The notes beneath the pieces are model-generated. The model did no database searches, was not told where the DNA came from, and was given only the letters and a program-made list of their open reading frames with translations. The translations under genes and the position numbers were made by a program. A stretch of 57,409 bases of DNA, counting the filler, from Platydemus manokwari (lineage: Eukaryota), in NCBI GenBank assembly GCA_037951405.1. It is 5 parts of 5 records of this genome, joined end to end, with 100 filler letters (N's around TTAATTAATTAA, not from the genome) between each part and the next. Parts side by side here need not be neighbours in the genome. Positions count along the whole stretch, not along the records: positions 1 to 13,923 come from JBBMOY011574743.1; 4 more parts are not named here. One strand, written 5' to 3'. Each line of letters opens with the position of its first letter. Position 1 is the stretch's first letter. Below are positions 1-14,023 of this stretch, in pieces.

Positions 1-3000
1 GTATATATGTAGTCATTAATTGTATAAATAATTTTTAACACTTTCTATTATTTCATGAGCTGGCATTTCTAACAATTTTTAGCAATTAATAATTTATATT
101 TTTATTTATGTATGCTGATGAGAATTAAAAATCAAATAGTTAAAAATATAATAAAAATCAATATATTAATAGAATGCTTAATGATTATTATAAGACTAAA
201 GTATTTTAAAAGTATCTTTTATAATTATTGCGGAATTGAAACAATGTATAAATTATTATGATAGACAATTCAGGCGCAACAATAATTCATGCAGAATAGT
301 TCTGGTTGAACTTTGAAACATCATTGATATCGATGTATAGTTTGTAGCAATTCTTAATATATGCTGATGTATAAAACGTAGTAATTGTAACAATTTTTAT
401 ATACCCATGTATGTATAAATGTAACAATTTTAATTTTTGGCTAATGTACTAATTTTATCTTGAAATGTATATTTTTAAAAATGGTTACTTTTTAGTTAAA
501 ACTTCTGGACAAATTTAATATTAATAATAATAAAGAACACGGAAAACAGTTTTGAGAAGAACATAATATAATATTTTTCAAGGATTTAATAGGATAAAAC
601 ATTTTAAAAGCCCTGAGTACAATATTAATTTTAACAAGGTAAAATTCATCTGAGACCTTAACCAGAAATTCACTGAGACTGATATTAAGATAACGGTGAT
701 CTTAAATCCAAATTCATTCTATAAAATATTAATAAAATACAGATAAAGCCCAAACGCAAATCAAATAACTCGAGGAAATGTAAAAGCACTGATAGTCACT
801 TGCACTAACAGTAAAAGACATCAATAGTCGATGCATCAATGGTCTTCACAAAAATATTAAATATACCGGAGATGGATAAAAATAGAAGCAAACACACTTT
901 AACAAGAGCATCAGGAGCACCTGCAATGACAATAAGAAAGGTAATTTTGATTATGATTATGCTAAATATTAAAATAGAATACATGCTCAATGTAACAGAA
1001 AAATCATCATTTTCAGAATTAATATGAATGAATTTGGTCGGAAGGCTTAACCAGTGGAATAATGACTTGCGGACAATAAAAATCAAATCAACAATTGAAT
1101 TAGAAAACGTCAAAAAATTTTAAAATTCAAATATGCCAAAATATATAAATCCCAAAATGGAGGAGAGAAATATACCACATACCAATTAAAATCAATAACT
1201 TTAACAGATAAATTAATGAAAAAATAGACCAACATGAAGTGTAAATTCATAATAATAAAATGATGATTTCAGTAATAGAAAACCACAGTCATTATAATTT
1301 GAATAAAAGTTTAAGAAAAGGAATAGCTTGGAAACCAAACACTAGAAAACCGTTAATGATGACCAGTAATCAGGGTCACCATTGATAAGAAAATAAACAG
1401 TAAATTGAATAATAGGGTAACTGAAACAATGGTATTTCCATTAAATGGGTTACATGAAATAACAACAAGGCATTATTTTAGAAACACTTAATTCCTGGTG
1501 CAAATATAAAGAGTTATAAATTATGTGTAATGAATGAAAATAATTTCGGCATTAATACACTCAATTGGACAATAGAGAAAATAATTTAAATAATTTATGA
1601 CCAAAATGAAATATTATTTTGAGAGTATAAAAGGATAATTGAATATCAGAATAATAGAAAAAAAATATAACAAATTCTGAAAACAGAATAATAATGAGAC
1701 AAATTTTGGAAGATAATTAATAAGATACTAGAAATAATAACTGTTAGCCGCTACTATTTTTAAAAACCACACATTAAAATCAAACAAAAAGTCATGACAC
1801 AATCAATCTATTTTAAATCCAAATATTTAAACAAATATTTATAATTTTACATTAATTTAATTTTTTATAAAATTAAAAATAAATCTGAATAAATTTGAAT
1901 AAAATGTGAAATAAATTGAAATTTAATTCATATAAAATATCTCACAATAACCACAATAAAAACAAGATAGATTAATGTTGAAAGCTGAAAAATGATATAG
2001 TAAAAAGAAATGAAATATATTGAAGTAATATAAATAGAATAGAAAATATCAGAAATTGCCCTTTATTGACACTAGTTGCTATCAGTTATCAAATATTAAA
2101 GGCAAGAATTATTCATTGTCGAAACAATACGAATTATTATCGCTGTAACCCGTTATTATTTTATTAAACACGCATCGAAAACATACTGAAAAGCCCAAGA
2201 CACCAAAATTATATTTAAATATAATTATTCAAACAAATTAATTTGATTTTATAAAAAAGCAAAATTTAGACAAAATTAAATCTTAAAAAATTTTAATTCA
2301 ATTTAAAATGCTCACCATCGCAATCAGATCTAGTATCAAGCACTTAGTTCAAGTAATTTTCTTTATTATTAAGTTATCCTACTTAAAATAATTCCGATAT
2401 TAAAATATTAATAACTTATTATACGATATAAAAGATTCAGATTGAACCGACTTCAACTAGAGTGACTAATTTTTAATTTCAAATAAACAAAGCATTCAAA
2501 ATAAATGGTTTCATCGCCATTAGATCTAACCACTGATAAACTAATAATTTTTCAGGGTTTTTACAGGTACAACTATAAGAGGCAGCAAATGGTTGGCTTC
2601 TGTATCGGTGGTTTTTGAGACATCTCGAGATAAAAGCTCCGCTAGCAGAACTGTGCAGGTTTCAGTTATTACGCCAAGGTTCAACCAACTCGCTTCAGAA
2701 ACCAGTCTAAAAAAACAATAAGGAAACAAAAAAAATCGGATCAAAATGTCCACGAATTAGGATTGTTTTTTGTGATTGTAAAGTAAAAATGATTTTAGAC
2801 CTACTGTTTTTAGCCTGGTTTTCTCCAGGATGAGATTAAATTGATTTTTGAACCTATATAAATAGGTGGAAATTAGTCGACGACAATCAACAAATTTTGC
2901 ACAAGCAACTAGAAGCCAAAAAATTAGACCAAGCATACAAAAACTTAAGAAAGTTCAATTTTAGTGCCAGTATTGGTGGCCAAGAACTCGCTCATTTCCT

Positions 3001-3923
3001 TCATTTGTTGTGGCTGCAGTAGAAAGTACTCTGGGGAATATAATCAAATCGAAACTGTCCTGGCTTTCAATTGAATTTGGAGCACAAAGTACCCTGGCTA
3101 AAACCGACCTTTCACTAAGAAAATTCTACTTTTCTTGCTCTAACGAGAAATGGATACATTTCTCATAGTTGTTAGAACCTCATTAGTAATAGATGAGTTT
3201 GCGGAGTTCAAATCGAGGAGATCAACCAGGACCTATATTACAAGACTTGGATAGGTTTTTATGCCAAGATCCATAAAAATCAAGACTGAATTGAATAAAA
3301 GTTAAATGTATTCCATTCATTAACTAGCCTAGAATCTCCCGAAGCTCGACTGGAACGCTTCATGCTGAGACTTTCGTCCTAGCTCAATTCAATGACGGCG
3401 AACCATCAGAGCACCAGCAGTAAAAAAAATGAAACTAGAAGTGTGTTAAAATTTAAATTTTAATTTAGATTTCTGTTTTTCGAAGAATTATTATATTGCT
3501 TGTATTAACAATTATATATTATTCAAAGTGAAATATCTATTTTATTACAGATCAATATTTAATCAACTTATATTATTCTGTTCATAATATACATACACAT
3601 TTTTGGAGTCAGATGTAACAAATAATATTATTTATAAAATAATTTAGACCACAAAGAACTTATTGCTATCACAGTACAATCATAAATTAGTAATTTTACT
3701 AAACATATTGCTGTTTCATAGATCTGAATATACTTAAAACACTACTGAATTGGAATTTTTCTTTAATTAATCAAAAATTGTTTGTTAAAACTTTTAATAT
3801 TATATTTGCAATGCCACTTTAATATTATTATTTGATTTTGTTTAAATATTAAAGAAATATTATATTTAAGAATTATTTTAGATTTCTCTAATAATTTTTA
3901 ATTTTAAGAAGACGTTAATTAGA

Positions 3924-5535
3924 ATGTGCCATTCAAATAATAATCTTATATGGGAGGCCCCAAAAAACTTTTATCTTAACAATACAATTAACAAACTATC
4001 AGCTCAGAGGGAGATTAGATTTCCAATTTTTAAAGTTCCAAGTAGAAATCTCAAGGAAATGATGAGCATTTTTAAAAGATTCACTCCAGATCTTGTTAAC
4101 TTTGATAGTATTCTGAAATATTCGGAAGTGGATGATTACAAAGGTATCTTTTTAGATCCATCCAAAGTTCAAAACATATCCAAAGAATTGACTGTCAAAG
4201 AAATAAATACTTTAGACAAATTGAAATGTTCATTTACAGAAGATAACATCGATTATCATAATAAAGTTATTTCATACGACAATTATAAATTCTCAACATT
4301 GATTGAGTGGCTATTGCCTGCAGGTAACCAATTAAGTGGATTTACAATCGTCGGGCATATCGTGCACATAAATCTCAAAGAAGATTTAAATTCATTCAAA
4401 CATGCCATTGGTGAATTGATGCTTGACAAGGTCCCACAAGCTAAGTGTATTGTTTCTAAAGTAAATAAAATCGATACAGAATTTCGCACTTTCGAACTGG
4501 ATTTATTGGCAGGAGAAGCTAATTATGTAACATCAGTCAAGGAACATGGTTTTGAATTTAATTTTGATTTTTCAAAAGTTTATTGGAATTCAAGATTGGG
4601 TAAATATTATATGCATATGTGTTGAGTTTAATTTGGATAAGGTACGGAACATTATCGAATTGCTAATTATTTTCAACCGGGAGACGTTGTCTATGACGCG
4701 TGTGCGGGTGTTGGACCTTTTGCTATTCCAGCAGCGAAGAAAAAGTGCCGAGTCATTGCCAACGATTTAAACATTGAAAGTTGTAAATGGTTTAAAAAGA
4801 ATATTGAAATAAATTGTAGCAAACGACACCAAATTTCAATTGATTTGCATAATTTAGATGCTTCAGAATTTATTGAGAAAGTAAATTCTATTTGAAAAAT
4901 TTGCAACCAAATGCTGTAATATCACAAAATTAGTACTTTATTTAGGTGTTAAAATTAAAATTCTTTAAATATACACGTATATTCGTTTAGTAAAGCTTTT
5001 CTAGTTAGAGCATTTTAAAGATCGAGTTATTTTTCTAAATGAGCCAATAGGATTCAACCAATAAGAATTGGCCAATAGAAAATTCTTTAATTATATTGAT
5101 TATTTCTAAAATTAGAAATCTATTAATGCAATTCATTAGATTGTGCTTCCTGATGTTGCTCAGTGGTCCAGTCAAAATAATGAACCAATCAGATTCTTTC
5201 TCATTATGAATCTTCCTTCAATTGCCGTTAACTTCCTTTCGTCTATCATTGCAAACAAAAAAGAATTGGAATCGATTACCAAAGAAAATGTGATACTCTT
5301 TGTACGATGTTATTGCTTTATTGGCAAAGAAACACCTCGAGAAATGATTGAAGAAAAAATTCACAAACAATTGGGCAACAGAATCGAAAGCTTACATCTA
5401 CGCCTCGTCAGAAATGTAGCCCCATCCAAAGATATGTTTTGTGCCGAAATTTCCGTGAATTTATCTCCAATTGCTGTCGAATCGTCTGAAATGGAAACCC
5501 AATCGAAGAGGCTCAAATTAGATAATAATCAATAA
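3924..5535 (+). CDS. TRMT5: tRNA (guanine(37)-N1)-methyltransferase Trm5, 3 exons (3924-4599, 4642-4880, 5140-5535), about 436 aa
   Basis: Trm5/Met-10 motifs read in frame after joining: SGFTIVGHIVHINL, IDTEFRTFELDLLAGE, FDFSKVYWNSRLG|TEH, SAM-binding YDACAGVGPFAIP, ANDLN, HNLDASEF, IMNLP, VRNVAPSKDMFC. Both introns are GT-AG (4600-4641, 4881-5139) and phase-compatible. AATAAA overlaps the stop codon. Confidence 0.95.
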
Positions 5536-5711
5536 AATTATCTTCTGTTTTCATTTGTTTGCTTTTATCAAGCTTTATGAAAATGTTTTTTTTGTAATAT
5601 CGATTTTGATTTTGATAGTTTTAGTATTATTAATGAGTTAATCGATTTTTATTGTTGTGAGGTCAGTGTGAATATCAGCTTTTGAAACCAAATAAGCAGA
5701 ATGTTATACTA

Positions 5712-6190
5712 CATATCTCGCGACAACGTCCAGCGTCATTGATTCCTCTATCACGAGAAATACAGAACCATTGCCAAGGAGATCTGCAGGAAAACGTGAT
5801 TCGAAACTTACTTCGATGTCATCTGCATCGGTGTACTTGAGTTTTGGGACCATTATCAAGATAAGGTCCTATCGAATATTGGATTCGATAAAAGGCGGAT
5901 CAAGTTTATCTTGGAGTTTCTAATATTGGCATTGGTCAGAGATGCCTGCTCGATTAACAAGGCTCATACCGACCAAAGGAAACCAAAGAATACCCGTTGG
6001 GATCGCGTACTAACTCCAGTACCGGCTAGCCAGAACAAGTGTATAGCAGCTACTCGGTAATGTTGCTAAGTGAATGAGAAGACTTCAAATGAAGAAATCT
6101 CGAATCAGAACATCAATCTTAATAATTTATATTTTTAACTTGTGAGACCCGTCGTAAAGACTGTTATGTTTATGTATAATAAATCCTATT
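5712..6190 (+). mobile_element. 5'-truncated, decayed 3' end of an RLE-type non-LTR retrotransposon (R2/R4/NeSL group)
   Basis: Translation HEKYRTIAKEICRKT*FETYFDVICIGVLEFWDHYQDKVLSNIGFDKRRIK...LVRDACSINKAH fits the RLE C-terminal pattern (KY ... IGxLGxW ... LxxxG). It is followed by a short UTR and AATAAA at 6178-6183. Confidence 0.7.
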
Positions 6191-7761
6191 TTTCATTCTA
6201 TTCTATTTGTTAAATTTTAAATATTAAACGTTCACATAAAAAAAAATTCAATTTGGGAAAACACTGGGGAGCCGTGGAATTATCGATTACATTCGTTCAT
6301 AGCTGGAAATTACGTAATTTATAAAAAAAATAATTTTAAAATGTCTCGATTATCACTACCGATTTTAAAATTTGTTTTTCACAACTTCTCTTTCGAGCAA
6401 TAGCTGATTGGGTTAAATACAGAAGAAAAAATAAATGAAACAAAATACGATTGGTTGATTAATTTAATTGCATTTAAACAAACGCGTTCGTAATGAACCT
6501 GGATCTAATGATATCTTTATTATTTGGTAAAAATCCACTACGAAAACTTAGACCCTAATTTGTAATTTTAATTTTCTGTTAATGCTCTAACCGATGTCTT
6601 CTTACTCCATAATCATGTCACATCTCTATCAATTTTAATTAAAACGTCCAAGTTAGCTTTAGTAAATGTTAAAGGAATTTCGAATAATGGTGACGCATAA
6701 CTTTAAGTATCAGTATGAAGCTGTGGAATTTGAATAAAGAGAATAATTATTGTCAACAAGATGTTTGTGTTATTTTTCTTTTAAATAAAATGAGTCCAAA
6801 TCGCAATTTGTATTCACAAATTCTGATTAAGTTAACAATGTTTACCAAAAGGTAATTTTAATAATCATTTGGACATTATCATAATAGAAATTGTAAATGT
6901 GATTAGCTAACATTATGGTATCACTTAAGATAGATTGATCAAATATATAAGTGAATTCTGATAAAGGAATTAATGCTCAAAATAACATTCTAGTAACTCG
7001 TTGACGATTGTCTAGTAGCGCAGTAGTACGTTATTGTTTAAGTTAGGACAAGTTTTGAAATCGAGGTAAAGTTGGGTTTTTGTATAAATATAATCTTACA
7101 GTGAGAATAAAAGATTAAAATGTTCTTCCTAGTCAAGCCACTTAATGAAGATAACAGGATTTTCAACATTTTGTGACTCGTTTCTACCATGCGACCCGGT
7201 ATAAAAGTTTATTTCTCATTGATTTAGTGAAAATCAACTTGTACTGTCAAAGGAAACTTTTCTATTTTATAGATGGTTGGAGTCAGATACGGTAACAAAA
7301 TAAATTATGCCTATAAAACATTAAGTATTTATTCAAAAACATCAAATCGTCACTTCATTTTATGTTCTAATAGTAATTCAGTTTTCGAAATGATGACTGT
7401 CACTGTTCAAATATCGATTGGCATACGCTTTGGTACAACTATAAAACCAAAAAATTTAACTGTAGTGAAATGTATTGCAATTGTTCCTACCAATTGAATG
7501 TTATCACATTTATGTTGATTCCTAAATTGTTTATCAAAACTTTCTATGCCTTAGAATGCATTTGTGATACTTTTCCTAGAGTGGATCTCTGAATGGATAA
7601 AACCAAGTTATTTTTAAATTGCTATATCAATAAACTAAGTTCAACTGAATTCAGTAAAACCTTATTAAAAATTAAACTTAAAACTTGACTCCAATTCGAA
7701 GGTAAATGTACATCTCGGTTAATTGGTCAATACACGAATTACATTATACAAAATCTCCACC

Positions 7762-8100
7762 AAAACTTGGCTTTCAACTGGCAGTTGTCCATCTTTACAT
7801 CGATTTTTATATTCGCGATCTGTGTGTATTTTTTGTGCCGTGTTTCATCATATTTTGATTTGATATTTGTTTTTCTATGTTCCTATTGGGTTTGTATGAT
7901 TAGTCAATTTCTGAGTATGTGTTGTAGTGTAGCTATGCCCCTTTTCCAATTGTAGTTCATCATATAACTTCACTATGATTGGTTGATTGCTATGCCTGTA
8001 TGGCTGGATAGGGAAGCAAATGTTTAAAGTACCAAAACAAGGGTTTCAAGGTGCAATTTCATTTTTCTTATTGTAGAATTCCATCTCATTTAACAGATAT
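7762..8100 (+). repeat. Unclassified dispersed repeat, copy A (~330 bp)
   Basis: Shares collinear blocks AAAACTTGGCTTTCAACTGG, GTGTAGCTATGCCC, GATTGGTTGATTGCTATGCCTG and CAAGGGTTTCAAGGT with copies at ~10.5, 12.4 and 18.7 kb. Confidence 0.85.
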
Positions 8101-8249
8101 GTTGAACGAGGTGATATCAGCCAACTACACGTTTGATATTCCTCTAAACAGACCAATTTTGAAGTCGATTCTCATTGTTGATTTGTATTTGTTCTAATTA
8201 TTTATTTATTTACGAAAATAAAATCGAAAAATGATTTCCATTTATTCAA

Positions 8250-11200
8250 ACACACCATTTTTCATTCGATAAAAAGACGCGCATGTTGATAACAGAAAGA
8301 GACAATTAACAAAAAAATATCACAAAATATCCATAATTGCTTTCATAAAATGTTATTTGTGTTATTCCATAGAAAATCAGTTATCATTATCTACCAATAA
8401 GAACACAAAACATAGAAAAATTACACTGAAATATCTTTATTGATAAAGAATGAAAATCCAATAAATATAATATAGATATCTCTAGTTATTCTAAAATATT
8501 CTCCAATAGGAAGTTCACATAAGGATTTCCAATTATTGATTTTATTTTCCACCATCTGCTCATTGATGATCGATCACCAAGTAAAATTAGTCCATTAAAA
8601 ATTTACAATAAAAACAGACTTTCATTTTCAATAAATCGATAATTTTTACAACAAAGCAAAAATCTATGAAGCAGAATCAATTTTTTGAACACCTTACTAG
8701 ACTACCGAGAACTATGACTGCCGGACTGATGAAAATATGTGCCAGGACAGTTATCAATGAAGCAGGAAATGTTCCAAATAAACCTGATATCAATGTGTAT
8801 ACTGAAATCCCAAGCATTCTTAGTACTCTATGGACAACGACGCTGCTATCCAGTAAATTGTTCGGCAAATTTGAAACACTTACTAAATTATTAAACAATT
8901 TTGAAATTTTATCAATTCTGTAATTGCAAAAATCATGTTAGTTAAAATTATTTTTTTACATTCTACTGACAAATATCAGTAGCTTCTATTTCTAAAATAT
9001 AAATATTAATTTATATCAAATGTCTTTATTTTTATTATTATTTTTATTATTATTTTTAATATTAACATTTAAATTCAGGGGTTTCTAAAATTGATTTTGA
9101 AAATTATTTGTTGATTTAGGTACAACTTAATTTTTAGTATAAATAATAATATATCATATATTATGATCTAAAATTAAATGCTTATATTTTTTATAATATA
9201 CGTTTAAGTTATGAATCTGAACAGCATAGCCATTTATTTTGAAACCTGAAAGTTATTAGTTGTGTAACATGGACCAAGGTAACTGAATGCAATAAACAAT
9301 TTAACTATGCATTATTTTAAATGAAATAATATAATATATTCAAAATAAAGTAAAATAAAATAAAGTTGACTAAACATAGAAGTAATTTCTTACACATCAA
9401 GGTTTTATGCTAGTATAAATCAATATTATGTCAACTGGTCCTTTGTTATTTTTTAATCGAAGATCTAATTGATTAATTTGGACTCCGGATCATTTAGAAT
9501 AATGACCATTGGACCTTGTCTGAATAGCGGTTCTCGCTCACGAGACAAGTAATTATAAATGAAATTAATACAAAAATTAAAAATTAACTGATGTGTTTCT
9601 CTTGCTCGGGAAATCATAGTCACACAGAGCCGAAATCATAAAAGCCAAATTACCCAAATATCAATTTATATTTGTCATCTCTGAACATAATTATCGACAG
9701 CCATTGTTAATGCTGTCAGCTAGAGATTTTAATTTTTAAAACATAAACCAGGTTGGATTAAAAAATAAATAAATTAATTTGCCCAAAAATCTCGGTTGCT
9801 GTTATGAGAGAGTAAATGACCATGGTAATATTGTAGTTCCTCGGGGAACTTATAAAACAAATGAGATATTTTGTTGACCAATAAAATTACGTAAATCGGA
9901 ATAAATGGAGTATAAATACTGACCCAAATTCACACTAAATTATACCTGAAAATAATTGCGGAAGACAATAAGAGAAAGTGACTCCCCCTAGTAGAAAGCG
10001 AAAGCTAAACTAACAGAATCCAATTGAATCTCTTATTTTCCTATGATATCAGGCAATCATTATTGCAATCAGGTTATTTAAATTTCAGATTTTTCAAATC
10101 TTCCAATCGTGCAGAATAAAATCCTCACAAATGATTGAAATTTTGTAATATTCCTCGAAATAATAGATATTTATAATTAATCTTCTCAAAGAAATTGGCG
10201 ATTTCTCATTTTCATAAATGGATACACTAGAGCTCCTTAAGTTCTCATATATGCATTTCTTAAACAAATTCATTGCACGGGCACGACAGCTTATATATTG
10301 CCTTGATTTCTATTATATATATATATTCGGTTTTGTTATTTATTTTATTACTAATAGCATGGTATTGATTTTGTGCCTAGAAACTTATGCGTTTGATTTA
10401 CCTAAGTAATAAAAGCCTTGCTCTCCGTGAACAAAATGAACTGATAGAATTTTGTAATATAATCTTTTATATATATAGTTGAGAAAGATGAAATGTCACA
10501 AAAAGGAAAGTGATTTTGCACCTTGGAACTCTTATTCTAGCATTTTAAGCATTTGCATGCCTACACAACCATACAGGCATGGGAATCAACCATTCACAGC
10601 TAACTTATATGGAAAATGATAATTCGAAAAAGAGACATAGTCACACAATAACACGAGTATACAAAAATGAACAAGAAATCTAAAGGAAACAAAAATCCCA
10701 AAAAACTTAAGAAATAAAAGACCAAATCAAAATGTGATACAAAAAATTACACACTAATCTCAAGTATAAATACCGTTGTAAAGATGTCCAACTACCAGTA
10801 TGAAGCCAAGTTTTAGATTGTCTTTGTTTTGCGATGTTTTTTGGAGTTTTAAAGGCGCTTGTATTGTACCAATTATACGTATTAACGAAAAATACAGACT
10901 CCAATCTTCGATTCTTTTGGAAATCAACAATATATATTTTCGACTTTTAAAGACAAATACTTCCATACGAAGATTGTATGTACTTTTAGTGCCCACAACG
11001 CAATAACTAGGATTTCAATGAAAATTGAAACTGCATAATTGAATCTATTGTTTTGTTTATTTAAATTACTTCATCTAATTTACTTGTCTCCAAATGATTA
11101 TTAGAATCTGAAACTATGAGTCCTGTCAAACCAAATATATACATATACATATCAATATCTGCATTAATATCATTGCCTGTTGAACATACATGGTTCTCAT

Positions 11201-12170
11201 TACAATGAATTTCCTATTATTAACTAGAATTAATTATGGATAATAGTAAAATGCCATTTCAATTTTCTGATCAGTTTTTTCGGGGTGAATTCATAACAAA
11301 GCTTACCGTAAAAGATGCCAAAGCAGATCATTGAATCTAGAGCGATAACCCATGGGAAAAAAACTAATAAATACGACCAATGAGTTCCAACCTTTGTCAA
11401 CGCGAGTAACAGAGAACTTGAGAAAAATATAGCTCTAGAAATTGGAGATGAAAATATCTCAATTAGTCTATGCTTGATAATGATGGGAAAAATATTGACA
11501 AATGCAACTGGTCCTATTGCAAGCATTAGCATGGATATTCCAATAAAACTGGGCTTTTTGTAGCAACTGACAAAACACTGAATTGTCAATCTCAATTTAA
11601 ATTTGCTATCAATGATAGAAATATCTACCTGATTATAGTCTGTTACTACGAAACCCTCCACCAAACCCATAGTAAACACGCTTGGCATGACGCTTTTGAA
11701 TGTTTGGCTTTTCCATAATTTGACAAAGGTTTTTGAATTGTTCTAGAAATAATTTTCCATTAATTTTTATAGATGCTGTTTGTGAGGAAAATTTAAAAGT
11801 ATAAATTCAATAATAGTTTAATAATAATTTAATAATAATTTAATAATAATCTAAAATATTTTGAAATTTTATTAAATCATTGAAAAATTTAGCATTAAGT
11901 AATTTTAAATATATTTATCTATCTAAATACCTGATTAAGATTACCAATAAAAGCTCTCTGGAAATTTGTTTAAGAAATTTTTGATTTGTTTATATTAATA
12001 AAGTTAATAAAAAGCTACGAAACTCGTATAAATGAATTCTTTCATTGAATCTTCAATTTTAAACGAAGTAGCTACTGCTAACACTGTTTTCAAGATAAGC
12101 AAATATACAACAATCCTTGTCCCAGAGAGAGAAAATCACCAATATGATCTCAATCAATATTTTCTGTGAC
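8250..12170 (-). pseudogene. Disrupted multi-exon polytopic membrane-protein gene, CWH43/PGAP2IP-like N-terminal TM region
   Basis: Hydrophobic exon-like blocks with GT/AG ends (e.g. ~11307-11742, ~8697-8918). Motifs resemble my recollection of CWH43: FVKLWK...KFKLRL, TMVIYSLITATEIFG, YLSREREPL...MVII, LLGDRSSMSRWW. There are several stops and frame breaks, and repeat copy B lies inside. Family assignment is by eye. Confidence 0.35.
10490..10812 (-). repeat. Unclassified dispersed repeat, copy B (inverted relative to A)
   Basis: TTTGCACCTTGGAACTCTTATT...TTTGCATGCCTACACAACCATACAGGCATG...TGTAAAGATGTCCAACTACCAGTATGAAGCCAAGTTTT is the reverse complement of copy A blocks. Confidence 0.85.
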
Positions 12171-12360
12171 GTATTTTTGAAAAATTGTATAATATAAATG
12201 TTTTTGGTGATAATTCATATTGTAAATAAAGAATTTTTATGAAGATATTGCCAATTGTCCTCAACAATTAAATAAAAATCTGAATCCAAAATAGGAGACT
12301 GATAATATATTTACTCTTGCACTATTCCTACATATTAACTTTACTTCACAAAATATCAAC

Positions 12361-12705
12361 AAAACTTGACTTTCAAATGGTAGTAGGCCATGTTTAGATC
12401 GATTTTTATATTGACGATATGTATGTAATTTTTTTTCATATTGTATCATATTTTGATTCGAGATTTTCTTTTCCATGTTCTTATTGGGTTTTTCAGTTTT
12501 TGAATGAGTGGGATTGGTAAATCCCTATGCGTGTGTTGTTGTGTAGCTATGCCCTTTTTCAAATTGTCGTTTACCATCAAACTTCACTGTGATTGGCTGA
12601 TTGCTATGCCTGCATTGCTGTGAAGGCATGTAAATGTTTAGAGTGTTTAAACAAGGATTCCAAGGTCCAAATGCCTTTTTCTTTTTGCAGAATTTAATCT
12701 TCCTC
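12361..12705 (+). repeat. Unclassified dispersed repeat, copy C
   Basis: AAAACTTGACTTTCAAATGG...GTGTTGTTGTGTAGCTATGCCCTTTTTC...AACTTCACTGTGATTGGCTGATTGCTATGCCTG...CAAGGATTCCAAGGT matches copy A. Confidence 0.85.
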
Positions 12706-13851
12706 TACAATATAGTCTGCTTGGAAAAAAATTGATATATTAACCGAGTTTACTAAAAATCTGAAATACAATTAGCTAAAAATGATAGAAATGAGTTGCA
12801 AATTAAATACAATCAATACACCTTCACATGTTTCATGTAAATTGGAAAAAAGTATTTTTTTATTTTATTAACCCAGCAAAACAAATAAGCACAAAATTTC
12901 CAAAAATCGAAATCAAAATGTTTTCCAGTGATATTATTAAAAAGTATTAAAGAGAACAGCCATAAGCAATTTATAGTACATGGAGATCATCTATTATTAA
13001 GCTAGATAATTATTGAAAGAGTTATATCATTTAATAATTTTATAATAAAGTCATAATTGTATTTTAATTTGATTCAATTGATTTCGTTCGTTATTTTTGC
13101 TTCGATTTGTAGGCAAGTACACGATAAATAGTTGGAAAAAGAAATGACCTTGGTAAGATATATTTACCGATATTATCATCGACAAGTAAATTTTAAACAC
13201 AAATCATTTTAAGAACTCCAGTAAATAATAATAAAATTAATAGGCACAAAATCACATTTTTAGTTAATTTTCAAAGGTGCTTGAGGCTTTTAATTAATTT
13301 ATCTTATGACCAGCCAAAATTCTTCGAACTCCATCTCACTAAAACGAGCGAATAATCATTACGAAAATGGAGAATGAGAAAAAATCATTGATAGGACATT
13401 TATCGATTTGATTCAAGTAAATATTAATTCGGTTTTATTAAAATGGAAGTTATAAAGGAAATCAATTATTAAATTATTTTAAAATGGAGTTTTTCCTGTA
13501 ATTCTTCGAGCTCTTCTTTTAAAGATCATCTATGATTAAAGTTAATGATATTGATATTTTAGATTTTTCTCAAAATTCAACAGCAAAACCATGTCAAATA
13601 TTCATTTAAATATTTATTTTAAAACTCCCATAAATGCGCTGTGAGTGCAGAAAACCAATGAAAATTCTCGATCGATTTTATACTATAAAGTCAGTTCAGA
13701 TAAATCATTTAAGAATAAGAAATTTGAAATATTGATTTATCAGAAAGAGAAACTTTTAAAAATTGGTGCTATTTCGAAAATATAAATGGCGGCTACTTCA
13801 CTTGCAATTGATGTTTCAACAAAAGAAGTCATTATTGTGATTTTATTAATA

Positions 13852-13923
13852 TTAGGGTGAACCAAAAGTTCTTTCCGATTTTCTACATCATTTTGTCCAA
13901 TTGCTTTTTTACCAAATGAAGAT
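13852..13923 (+). mobile_element. Mariner-type terminal inverted repeat (one end), cut off by the contig end
   Basis: TA followed by TTAGGGTGAACCAAAAGTTCTTTCCGATTTT resembles mariner TIRs of the Hsmar1 type (TTAGGTTGGTGCAAAAGTAATTGCGGTTTT). The partner end is not visible. Confidence 0.5.
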
Positions 13924-14023
13924 NNNNNNNNNNNNNNNNNNNNNNNNNNNNNNNNNNNNNNNNNNNNTTAATTAATTAANNNNNNNNNNNNNNNNNNNNN
14001 NNNNNNNNNNNNNNNNNNNNNNN
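13924..14023. other. Artificial assembly spacer (44 N + TTAATTAATTAA + 44 N)
   Basis: Identical 100-bp structure occurs four times. The 12-mer has stop codons in all six frames. Confidence 0.97.

Noticed and set aside
600-1760. A-rich broken frames suggesting an old LINE
   Set aside because: No endonuclease, RT or zinc-knuckle motif could be read, so it is too decayed to support a call.
13852-13857. TTAGGG telomeric hexamer
   Set aside because: Single copy, better explained as the start of a mariner-type TIR.
13968-13979. TTAATTAATTAA palindrome recurring four times
   Set aside because: It is always centred in 88 Ns, so it is a six-frame stop linker added during assembly and not biological.
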